Source: Epithemia pelagica
Taxonomy: Eukaryota; Protista; Bacillariophyta
Direction: 5' to 3'
Assembly (NCBI GenBank): GCA_946965045.2
Contig: OX337240.1
Span: 1,488,001 to 1,552,000 of the forward strand
Length of the DNA stretch: 64,000 nt
Made by a program: the position numbers and the translations under genes. Positions within the stretch are counted from its first letter, which is position 1. Each line of letters begins with the position of its first letter. Under the pieces are notes generated by a model. It worked only from the letters and a program-made list of their open reading frames with translations, searched no databases and had not been told where the DNA came from. Below, in pieces: positions 42,987-52,569 of the stretch.

Positions 42987-44468
42987 ATGGTGCACCAAAG
43001 ACAAGGATCATGGGTCTACCGTTGTGGAATCGGTCCATTGCTTCTTGTGTCACTTGGTATGATGATTGAGCTGAAAAGCCAATGGGCTGCACTTGCCTTG
43101 GTGACCACAACGACAGCGACAACAACAACAAGGCCTTTTCGCTCGAGTCGAACCACGAGCACCAGACCCGGCTGGTTGTTACCACCACCACCACCACAGC
43201 GGGCCTCCTACCACTCGAAACTAGAGGCACTGCCGTCCTCCACCACCGTCGTTGGTCAAGGATTGGAATGGTATCAAATCATGGTTGCAGGAAGTCTTGC
43301 GGGTGCCTTGGGAATTGGCGTGGCCTATCCTCTCGAGGCCCTCAAAACCAAACACGTCCTCGCGCAGCAGCAACAACAGGAGGAACACAAAGAGCTCTGT
43401 ACAACAAGTACTCCGTTACAATCGTCAACCACCACTGCTCGTACCTGGATCTATCCATCTCGTCAAAATGATACGAGTTTGGCATTGGTCCCTCCAACAA
43501 GGACCACCACCACTACCACCTTTACAACCGGTACCGCAGCGCTCCTGGTGCCCGCTAACAACAATGCCCTTTCCTCTTCAGACTCATTTTCCACATCATG
43601 GGACAATGCAGCTCAAGAATTTACATCACTCTTTGCGGGAGTTCAAACCATGATGATGGGACATGCTGTCATCAAGGCTGTGACGTTTACTGTGAATGCC
43701 ATGGCCTTGGACTACTTGCACTCCACGGCCGGATTCTTGCAAGACTGGACGGAACGGGACATTATGTTTGCAGCGGCCGCCTGTGCCGGATTCTTTTCGA
43801 GTTTTATCGTGACACCGGTCGAACGCATTTGTAGTCTGTTGCAAGCTCAGGCTGTAACATCACCCGACGACGACAATGATGACAACAATGCTCGAGGACA
43901 TGTCGTCACTCAGAGCACGTTGGTGGACGAGCACAGCGATGACATGTCTTCGGATTGGGCTTGTATTCAACATGTTATTGCCCATGAAGGGCTATTGGGT
44001 TGGTTGGGCAAAGGATGGACCTTGTCCTTGTTCCGAGAAGTGCCATCGGAAATGATTTATTTTGGATTCTATGGGTTATCCTGGAGCACCGTGGCTGGTA
44101 GTAGTGGTAGTAGCGTGAGTGTTTCATCCTGGTATCTACCACTGGTATTGGGAGCCTTGGTGGGCATGGCTTCGTGGATACCCGTCTACCCCATTGATGT
44201 CGTCAAGACCATTTATCAAGCCCAACCGCCACCACCGCAACAGCAAGAACAAGAGGGTGAGACCGCTACCGCAGGTAGCAGCAGCGCGCTGCCCTGGCGG
44301 TCTCCCTGGGACATGACCATGGATTTGTGGGACCAAGGAGGTATCACAGCCTTTGTCCAAGGCTTGGATTTCAAATTGATGTGTGCGGCTGTGCATCATG
44401 CCATGATATGGGGGACCTTCACCATGTTGGTTCAACTCATGACCGACTCGCAGTCCTCCTTCGTCTGA
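42987..44468 (+). CDS. Mitochondrial carrier family (SLC25) protein with N-terminal targeting-like extension
   Basis: Three carrier repeats: AYPLEALKT, VTPVERI, VYPIDVVKT; G....GW..SLFREVP...IYFG.Y. Confidence 0.85.
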   Translation: MVHQRQGSWVYRCGIGPLLLVSLGMMIELKSQWAALALVTTTTATTTTRPFRSSRTTSTRPGWLLPPPPPQRASYHSKLEALPSSTTVVGQGLEWYQIMVAGSLAGALGIGVAYPLEALKTKHVLAQQQQQEEHKELCTTSTPLQSSTTTARTWIYPSRQNDTSLALVPPTRTTTTTTFTTGTAALLVPANNNALSSSDSFSTSWDNAAQEFTSLFAGVQTMMMGHAVIKAVTFTVNAMALDYLHSTAGFLQDWTERDIMFAAAACAGFFSSFIVTPVERICSLLQAQAVTSPDDDNDDNNARGHVVTQSTLVDEHSDDMSSDWACIQHVIAHEGLLGWLGKGWTLSLFREVPSEMIYFGFYGLSWSTVAGSSGSSVSVSSWYLPLVLGALVGMASWIPVYPIDVVKTIYQAQPPPPQQQEQEGETATAGSSSALPWRSPWDMTMDLWDQGGITAFVQGLDFKLMCAAVHHAMIWGTFTMLVQLMTDSQSSFV

Positions 44469-44974
44469 TCTCTGCCTTGCAACGAAACGTCATCCAGCCT
44501 ACACGATCTCCATCGTGAACCCATGCAGGCCAAGTTTCACGTCGATCGAATGGCTACGGAGCTACTAAAAGCGAATGAAAGACGACACCGAACATAAATT
44601 TGGCTCACCAAAACTAAAACTAACGAGCTTAACTGTGGTAGGTGTACCCCTCACGTATGGAAGTTGACGGTGATGTATGAAGTAAAACTTGTTGGGAAGG
44701 AGGGACAGGTAAACATGACAAAAAACACCTCGCTCATTTCATGGAGTCAGAAAGGAACGTTACATATCACAATCGCATGGAGTCAAGGCCAATTTTCCAC
44801 CTGCCATGAAGCGTTTTCTCTGCAACTGCTCAAGAGTCACCTTGTAATCGGCCGCTCCATAACGGCCAAAAACTTCTTCAATGGGATTCGTCTTTCGGAA
44901 TGGAGAGAGCTTCAAGTCTCTCATGAAAGTATCCAAGAAATGCAATCGTCTGAAACCAGTTCCACAGGGTTGGC

Positions 44975-46159
44975 TTACACTTGGACTACATGGCAAAAGG
45001 GACCCATGTCAGAGGAGACCTCCAACCCTTGTCGTTTCCCAAAGCTTCCCACAACGACATGGCAAAACCCGGGATCCAGTTCGTTCCACCATGATTTGTC
45101 GTCGTCGATTTGTTGTTGGGTGTCACTAGTGGTATCTTCTTTGGTGTCTTTGTTCGTTGCATCATGGATGGCATTATTGTCGCCTTTTTCCCTATGTGCA
45201 TCTTCCTCTTTGTTTTCTTCACTTGGAGACGTTTCGTGTTGTTGTTGCTGCTGCTTTTGCCATTTTTCGTGTCGCTTGGCGTGTGCTTCTTGTTGTTTCT
45301 TGAGCTTCTTGAGCGCCGATTTGGTGATCGGTTCGCCTGTGACACTGGAATGAGTCGGGAGGCCCGTTTCCGAGTCCCACGCCGAATACAAGTGCGTTTG
45401 ATGCCGGAACATGTCTTGTGGTTTGGTACTGGCTGGTGGTTGGGCTTGTTGTCGTTGTTGTTGGAGTGCTTGCCATGCCAATTGTTGTTGTTCTCGCTCC
45501 TCGTGGAGTTTCCAGGACCGATAGGACTGAGGCAACACTGCCGTGGTATCGCCGCCTGCCTCTTGACGTACTTGGCACTGTCGTTCCAACAACATGCCAA
45601 TCAAACACGAAGCCAAATAGTGAAACAATTGTCGTCCGTCTTGCTTGTCAATTTGCCCCCGATATTGCATTTGTGCACGTCCCTTGAGTTTACCAATCAA
45701 ATTCGCTTGTGGACATAGAATTAACGAAGTGGACAACAAAGATTTGGCGCCTTTTGTTTGTGAAGATGCATAACTTGCTGCCATATCCATGACACTTTGC
45801 TGTTCCGAGGTTCCATCGCCCCACAAACCGGTCGTTAACAAGGGAAGATGAAGAATGGTATGGGCCGCGTTTTGGACGGAAGCTCTGGTCGCACCGACGG
45901 CAAAACTCACATAGACCAATAATCCACAGTGATGATGATGACTGCTATCATTATTCGTCTGGTTTGTTTCGCCATCACTGTTGTTGGTTTCTCTGCCCAC
46001 TGTGACCCATTCTTGCTCATCCAACAAGATACGGCACTTGCGATATCGTTGAAACACCAAATGCGTGGTGGCTGTGACCGAAGAAGGAGATCCTCCACTG
46101 TTTTGTGATTGTTGAGTAGCTCCTGTCGGTACGGCCGCGTTTCCTGAACCTAAAGACAT
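44975..46159 (-). CDS. DTD2: D-aminoacyl-tRNA deacylase fold protein of the ATD (human DTD2) type, with a CysRS-C-terminal-like insert
   Basis: LVFQRYRKCRILLD, GLLVYVSFAVGAT, CPQANLIGKLKGRAQMQY (cf. PQATLGG..KG..MQY), GSFGKRQGLEVSSDMGPFCHVV (cf. G.YGNRQ.L..DTNGP(Y/F)TH). Likely ATG 46159; the ORF opens at 46225. Confidence 0.8.
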   Translation of the reverse strand: MSLGSGNAAVPTGATQQSQNSGGSPSSVTATTHLVFQRYRKCRILLDEQEWVTVGRETNNSDGETNQTNNDSSHHHHCGLLVYVSFAVGATRASVQNAAHTILHLPLLTTGLWGDGTSEQQSVMDMAASYASSQTKGAKSLLSTSLILCPQANLIGKLKGRAQMQYRGQIDKQDGRQLFHYLASCLIGMLLERQCQVRQEAGGDTTAVLPQSYRSWKLHEEREQQQLAWQALQQQRQQAQPPASTKPQDMFRHQTHLYSAWDSETGLPTHSSVTGEPITKSALKKLKKQQEAHAKRHEKWQKQQQQQHETSPSEENKEEDAHREKGDNNAIHDATNKDTKEDTTSDTQQQIDDDKSWWNELDPGFCHVVVGSFGKRQGLEVSSDMGPFCHVVQV

Positions 46160-46553
46160 GGTTCTTCTCCTTTCACAGCCCTTCTTGCTATTCGTTCGGT
46201 CGAGGGGAGGATGATGAGGAGACATGAGACTTTTGAAAAAGATACCGTTCGTTATGGACGACCTAAATGCGTCTCAGATAAAAATGTAAAATTACGGCAG
46301 GGCAGCGTCGGTCTCTCCGTTGCTCGTCGTTCACCGCTGGTTGCCGTTGCATGGGCGGGGCGACTGCGGCGCGTGTTTTCCCCTAGCTCTATTTTGAATC
46401 ACTGAACACACCACACACAAGATTCAACCTATCATAACTACTGCAAGTGCTCTACCTCTAGGCACTCGATAGAAGGCGACGCATAGGCGCCTTTGACCAT
46501 TGCTGACATGAAAGTGTTAACAACTGCGTTGTTAATAATGGTAAACGGGACCA

Positions 46554-48074
46554 TCAAAGTCTTACTAGATAGCTACCATTACGGCTGAAGGGAAACCATT
46601 TGTTCGGGCTTGGTCCGCATCTGGACACGGCCATCGTAAAGTTCTCCTCAAAATATAGATTGCACCGGTCCACAGCAATTTGAGCCCCGTTGCCCCGTTT
46701 GGGAGGCCGGCAGTCAACAACCAAATAATCTTTTGCTTCCACAGTTCTATACTTTCCCGTTTGTGGTTTGAACCGGGCCAAGTGTTCACCAATTTTGTCG
46801 CCATTTCTCAAGAGTTCCAAACACCACTGCAGACGACCGCCGATATAGAAGTCCAGCTCCCCGCTGATTTCTTCCCCACTCGCGTTAGTAGCCCAGGTGT
46901 TCAGCTCAGGGATCAAGAAGTTGATGTTGGTTAAATTCATCGACATTGCCTCGTTGAACAAATGCTGGAAGGCTGCCCCTTTCGGGAACTCGAACTCAGT
47001 TTGCCGACTGTTTTGAAGGCGCGATGCCGACAACTTCTGAACGCTCAAAAGAATCAAGTCATCAATACTTGCGGGAAGATCCGAAGTTCGACCTGGAAAG
47101 CAACAGCTGTTGTAAAACCACATCGCCGCGATACAACTGAAATTTCCAATGCGTCCAAGGATTCCTGCCCGAAGGTACGGCGCCAGGAGCTCATCGTCTT
47201 CCTGCGATTCCCCTTCGCCGGGCGCCAGAATGACATCCACAATCCGTTTCCGCCCAGTTTCTGGCAAATTCTCTGGTACTGCGTAGCACCGCTTCAACCT
47301 GAGGGTAAAATATCCGCTGCGAAGCTTCGATATGGCGGTATCTTCGTCCATTTGTTGTAGCCGTTGTTCGCACAAGTCCTGCAGCAGACAGATACCTTGC
47401 AATATGACACCAATGTGATACTGGTTGTCTCCAAGCTTGCTCAGTCTTTTAAGGTTGTCCAAAAAACACATCCATGTTTTCATTTGTTTATCGGCGATAT
47501 GCATATGGTAGAGTTGTCCGACTTCTTCTTCCTGGATTGGTGTTTGCCGGTAGTGTTCCAAGGTGGTAAATTGAACAGGACAAGAATGGATGGAGAGATC
47601 ATGGGTGGCAGCAATGATGACATAGAATTTTTTGCTGCAAACGACGGGCAAATGCTTCACGAGAAGTTGTCAAAAACTCCAGTATTTCTCGGCATGCCAA
47701 TTTTGAGCATCATCCAAGAGAATCCAAGTCTCACGGTACGTGTGCTGCGTCTCTTCATCACTGTCGCTGTCCCCGTCCTCCTTGATCCCGAGATTTCCTA
47801 GTTTGGCCACAACTTTCTTCACTTCAACAAGATCATTAAGACAGCGATGAAGCACCTTTATGTCATTGTCTTGTTGCAACAATTCCTTCTTGACCAGTTG
47901 AAGGAGCGACGTCTTTCCCATTGCCGGAGTCGAGCCCAGTACGATGTGCTTCCGCTCACGCGTGAGCTTTACAATTTCCACCACTGAATCATTGCGTCTC
48001 AGGTGATCCCTTTGTAGATCGATTCCATCGTTCTGATAAACGACTCCAGCGTATCCGGTAGAGTCTTGCATCAT
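46554..48074 (-). pseudogene. Crinkler-type P-loop NTPase + restriction-endonuclease-fold protein with one in-frame TGA (47672-47670)
   Basis: Walker A GSTPAMGKT and Walker B ILLDDAQ; C-terminal AAFQHLFNEAM...PELN...ISGELDFYIGGRLQWCLELLRNGDKIGEHLARF...GKY...DYLVVDCR. The two track ORFs are in the same frame, separated only by YWSF-TGA-QLLVK. Confidence 0.75.
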
Positions 48075-48480
48075 GACTGATGTAACTCCATCGTCGTAAG
48101 TGTACTCCTTTTCGAAGTTTTGGGGTAAAAAAGGAGTGCGATTCGCGACATCGTGGATCGTGGAGGATGTTCGATAGATTGTCCGGCACCCGTTTATAAG
48201 AGGAAATAGCAGACCGGCGCGGTGGTCTGTCCGTTCAGATTTCAGATTGCCTAATTCCTTTTTCCTACGTCATCAACTGTCTGAAGCGATGAGGTCACCG
48301 CTACAAATGTGTCTCATTGGTTGGTAACCTTACATGCATCAAAAAGTGAAGGCTGCGGAATCATTTCTGATGGTGTGCTGGCGTGGTTCACTTGCACGAG
48401 TATCGATCCAATCATTACAATCCAAGCATCAGAAAAGGGTTCCTCTATATCCCTGGTAACATCAAGCCTTTGAGTGCAAA

Positions 48481-49821
48481 ATGAACTTTCTTGAGGCGCT
48501 GCTGGGTGGTCACACCAAGCCTTTGATTCCATCGGTTTGGGGTCGCTTCTTGTGTTTCTTGACGTTGATCGTATCTGTGGTAAGGGCGGGAGCCTTTCCC
48601 ACCTTCGTGCAACGACATGTCCACACTCTGCCGAAAACCGAATCAACTGATCACTTGCTGTCACCGAAGGAGATTGAAGCGTTTGAACAAGATGGGTTTA
48701 TTCTTCTGAGAGGCCTCTTTAGCGAAGAAGAGTTGAACGAATTGACAGATGCCGGAGATTCCTTGGTCGATATTTCTCAAAAGGATCGATTTAATACCTT
48801 TTCTGTTGCGGAGCGGAATCTGATTTATGGAAGTTTGGATGTTGCAGGAAATGCAACCAGGAACAACACTGAATCTACAGCCAAGGACGAGGCACAGCAA
48901 AAAGCAAAGATTGTACAAACCTTTCGCAATGTCGCTCTAAGATCCAAACTGCCTCAAATCTGTGCTGAACTCATGTGTATGGATCGCGAAACACAGTGTA
49001 TCCGTTGTATTCGCGACGTATTTCTGGCAAAATATGTGTCCACCAATCCAACCTGCGACTGGCATGTCGACGATCAAGGGTTTTGGCCCGAATCCTTTTT
49101 GTCCTCCGCATCGGAGGAATCTGGACGCGACCAAAACGGAATCAATGTGTGGATTGCCATGGATGATTATTCGAGAGTTCATGGTGGATCCATGGTCTTA
49201 TCGCGTGGGTCACACAAGACACCTTGGCGTCATGACGCCTATCATTCTATTGGTCAAAATCGAAGTCAAGATGGCGGAGGCAGCATGGAAGATGTGGTCA
49301 AGAAACTTGCCGATCCCAACTATTATGGTACCTGTTCTCTTGACATGAGCAATCCGGCTGTGCGAGCCCTGGCCGAAGAGGGTAAGGTGGAATTCCCTCA
49401 GTTGCAAAGGGGTGACTGCATTTTTGCCACGCGACTCTTGTTTCACCGCACGGCTCGCGTTACCGAAGAAGGAATGGAGCACTATTCTAAATTGGGCAAA
49501 ACCTTGTTGCATCGGTATTCTATTCGCTATGTACCTGGGACGGCGCGATTGCCACAGGGCAATGTTCAGGAGCCCAGTGTGCGATCGAATCCTGACAATG
49601 CTGGAAAAAGCCTGGATGAAATTTGTGCTGGAGAGGATCAACCATGTTGGTACCCAAAACTTTGGCCAGAAGTGGAAGACAAGGTTGACGAGAAACTTGA
49701 CTATATTGGTGTTCATGAAATGCCAACAGCAAAAGAACGAACCAAAGTCCTGATGCAGCAATACGCGGCCTTGTTGAAGGAACACCAGATTGACGTCAAA
49801 AACTTTCGAGGGAGGTCATGA
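48481..49821 (+). CDS. Phytanoyl-CoA dioxygenase (PhyH)-family 2OG/Fe(II) oxygenase
   Basis: LSPKEIEAFEQDGFILLRGLF, DWHVD (HxD at 49063), INVWIAMD, GGSMVLSRGSH, GDCIF...LFHRT, RYSIRY. Confidence 0.88.
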   Translation: MNFLEALLGGHTKPLIPSVWGRFLCFLTLIVSVVRAGAFPTFVQRHVHTLPKTESTDHLLSPKEIEAFEQDGFILLRGLFSEEELNELTDAGDSLVDISQKDRFNTFSVAERNLIYGSLDVAGNATRNNTESTAKDEAQQKAKIVQTFRNVALRSKLPQICAELMCMDRETQCIRCIRDVFLAKYVSTNPTCDWHVDDQGFWPESFLSSASEESGRDQNGINVWIAMDDYSRVHGGSMVLSRGSHKTPWRHDAYHSIGQNRSQDGGGSMEDVVKKLADPNYYGTCSLDMSNPAVRALAEEGKVEFPQLQRGDCIFATRLLFHRTARVTEEGMEHYSKLGKTLLHRYSIRYVPGTARLPQGNVQEPSVRSNPDNAGKSLDEICAGEDQPCWYPKLWPEVEDKVDEKLDYIGVHEMPTAKERTKVLMQQYAALLKEHQIDVKNFRGRS

Positions 49822-50141
49822 GAGCTCGACGAGGTGTGTTTTGAAACATTGCCTCTGCTCGCAGAAACTCAGAATATGTCTTCCTTGGGCAGTTTTGTGA
49901 CTTACGAATACGACTCCACTTGAAAAATGACAGCTACTCTTGCTCCTTTCGCTCCCTCTAGAGGAGTATTATTGATCGTCGACATGAGAGATAGCTAGGA
50001 TAGCTCTAAGTGTAAGATGACAAGTTTCCCCAACAAGAATTCCCGCAATCCCGACTTCAAGAGACTTTTCGCCCACACAGATGACACATAAGACTGTTCT
50101 GTTCAAATGAAAGGATTTTCTAAAAATCCCTCTCTCGAGAT

Positions 50142-50183
50142 ATTCGCCATTAAATCCCCTCCATTTTGGTGAGGCGGCCAGAC
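50142..50183 (+). repeat. 42-bp repeat, copy A (inverted partner at 58420-58461)
   Basis: ATTCGCCATTAAATCCCCTCCATTTTGGTGAGGCGGCCAGAC; 41/42 identical to the reverse complement of 58420-58461. Confidence 0.9.
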
Positions 50184-50622
50184 CAAATTCGGTCGCGTGT
50201 CCTGGACACGTGCTTGGGAGAGCTTGCTCTCGAATAGGGTGGCTTTGCCAGCTTTCCAACTGCCAGCAAGCGGCCCTGCGTGAAAGACGGCATAATGCCG
50301 GACAAGCACACAACACACAATCCTTTTCTCTTGTTGCCAAAGCACATCGTATTAATGGCATTCCAGGTGAGCTTGATCCATTGCGGATTGCCATGACAAT
50401 TACATTGCTTATGCTCCTGCTCACTCACACTTGTCACTTTTGCTTGCTCTGCCCATCGGACGAGAGTCTGCTCATCTGCTGTGTCTCTGGCTCAGCAGCA
50501 GATTACTTGCCATTGTTGATTTCTGTCGAAATGAGACCCACAACTTTCATTGCATTCATCCACAGACTATAGACCTTCTTATCTTTACTTACTAGGAGTA
50601 GAAATAGAACTCAAGTGCTAGC

Positions 50623-50789
50623 TGAAAGGACAGTGCGACCTAATGGAGACCCCAAAGGGACGATCCATAGGTTCAAGGCCAGCGTCGCAATCGAATGACG
50701 TACCCTCATCCATTTCCACTTACGTATTAGGACCTACCGATCTAAACCGATTTACTAGTCATAATTTTACAAACCAAACCCTCCTTTCA
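50623..50789 (+). repeat. 5' LTR
   Basis: 166/167 identical to 57555-57721 (G50749 vs A57681). Confidence 0.97.
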
Positions 50790-50802
50790 GGTTATGAGCC
50801 CA
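50790..50802 (+). promoter_or_regulatory. Primer binding site complementary to the anticodon-arm region of initiator tRNA-Met (half-tRNA priming)
   Basis: GGTTATGAGCCCA immediately after the LTR, matching the Drosophila copia-type PBS GGTTATGGGCCCA. Confidence 0.85.
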
Positions 50803-50994
50803 AGTATCACGCACGTGATTTTACGCACAAATTGGTTGCGAACGTAAAATAAGCAAGGAAGAACCGGTCCAACGACGTTGACAAGAAGCCGTCGGAAGAG
50901 CCCGTTGAAGTCCAACCAGTTTCGAGAGCCCGTTTATTGGAACGAAGAGCATCGAAGACACGAAATAGAAGGCGCAGCTGCGATTTTGCGGTGA

Positions 50995-52569
50995 ATGGAA
51001 AGTTTGGAAGACCTTCTTCGCCTTTTGACTGACTCAGATTTGGATTCCATACCAGGGTGGTCGGAGAACTCAAGTATAAGTAGTATAATGTCGACGACGA
51101 CGGCCGCTACAATCACAATTAACGGAGAGACGATCGAGGTGAACGATCAGGCGACGCCAGCACAAGATGTCGAAACCGCCCTCTTCAAGAAGGAAGACCG
51201 TGAAGGAATGGCACCCGAGAAGCGCCAAGAACTCTTTGCGAAGGCTGCCACGTCAATTATTACCAAGTTTGACCTACTGTCGGCGAACATCACCGATGTA
51301 AAGCAGCTTGAAGAGTGCTATAACTTGAACCTCATGGTATCAAAGATCCGCAGTCAGCATGTAATGTACGACATGCATGACGTCTTTGTGATCGTTACTC
51401 CGGATGGAACCGGCCCAACTTTGTCCACAGACGTGAAGAAGAAGCTCAGGGATTTGTATGCGTACTACTCCGACATGACCGAAGAACAGGTAGCGGCGAG
51501 CAACCGCTGGTATTCAACCTGGCCCAAGAAGAGTTGGTATCGGGAAAATCTAATGCTGACAGCTAAACAGCTTGAGGTTAGCATGAAGAATCCGCTCTGG
51601 ACTAAGGTTTATGAGCGCTACAAGCGTTTCAAGACGGAAGAACAAGGTGGCCCCTTGCTATTCATCATTATGATGAAGCTTCTAGTAACTCATACCAAGC
51701 AAGCGACCAAAACTTTAGTCGATACTGTTGAAAATCTTAAGATATCCAAGGTCCGTGGAGAAAATGTCTCGAAGATTGTGAGTCTAATTCTCGGAGCGCA
51801 TGAGCGTCTTGAAGCTATCGAGATGGTTCCTGAGGATTTTGCCAAGACAGTGTTGAAGGTGCTACAGACCAGTTCCGTTGAGAAGTTCAACAAGGTATTT
51901 GAGCTAATAGAGAGTCAGGCTAGAGTCGCTGACGCCCTAGCTCGGTCCGGTCCCGCTGTTCAGTCGCAGTTTGCTATCCCCTCTATCGTGTCCCTACTCG
52001 ATCTAGCTGAGAAGGAATATCTATCCCTATGCCGTTCTAACGATTGGACCGGAGCCAAGACAAGAGGAAGTCCTTCGTCCTTCCCCGCTACATCCACTGA
52101 TGAATCTAAAGGTGGTTCTGGCCGCAAGGGCCCAGTTTGCTGGAACTGTGGTGGTCCTCACACGTTGAAGGACTGTACCAAGCCCAGGAACGAAGCGCTG
52201 ATTGAGGCGAATCGCAAGAAGTTCAACGAGGCTCGAAAGAATTCCCGCAGTGCCAACAATGCCGACTCATCGTCTTCTACCTCCCGTCGCCACAAATGGC
52301 GAGCACCAACCGCGGACGAGAACAACCACCGCAAAATTGATGGCAAAATGATGTCGTGGAATGCCGACACTCGTCGTTGGGTGGCATTGTCCACCACCAC
52401 TACGCCCACAGCATCGTCGTCCGGCACAACCCCGGCGGCCAATCTAGCCACAGCTGCATCCAATCGACGTGTGCAAATTGATGAGTCCGGTGGCAATCGG
52501 GCCAGCACTCGTCGTGCCATGGAACGAACGGTCCAGACTCTACTGACCCAGTTCCAGGATTTCGAATGA
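50995..52569 (+). CDS. gag: Gag polyprotein (524 aa; alternative ATG 51088)
   Basis: CCHC knuckle CWNCGGPHTLKDC; LKISKVRGENV; ends in TGA at 52567-52569. Confidence 0.92.
   Translation: MESLEDLLRLLTDSDLDSIPGWSENSSISSIMSTTTAATITINGETIEVNDQATPAQDVETALFKKEDREGMAPEKRQELFAKAATSIITKFDLLSANITDVKQLEECYNLNLMVSKIRSQHVMYDMHDVFVIVTPDGTGPTLSTDVKKKLRDLYAYYSDMTEEQVAASNRWYSTWPKKSWYRENLMLTAKQLEVSMKNPLWTKVYERYKRFKTEEQGGPLLFIIMMKLLVTHTKQATKTLVDTVENLKISKVRGENVSKIVSLILGAHERLEAIEMVPEDFAKTVLKVLQTSSVEKFNKVFELIESQARVADALARSGPAVQSQFAIPSIVSLLDLAEKEYLSLCRSNDWTGAKTRGSPSSFPATSTDESKGGSGRKGPVCWNCGGPHTLKDCTKPRNEALIEANRKKFNEARKNSRSANNADSSSSTSRRHKWRAPTADENNHRKIDGKMMSWNADTRRWVALSTTTTPTASSSGTTPAANLATAASNRRVQIDESGGNRASTRRAMERTVQTLLTQFQDFE

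Noticed and set aside
52567-52569. Selenocysteine decoding of the in-frame UGAs
   Set aside because: No SECIS-like element was recognised in the short 3' UTR or LTR, and none of the UGA positions aligns with a catalytic Cys.
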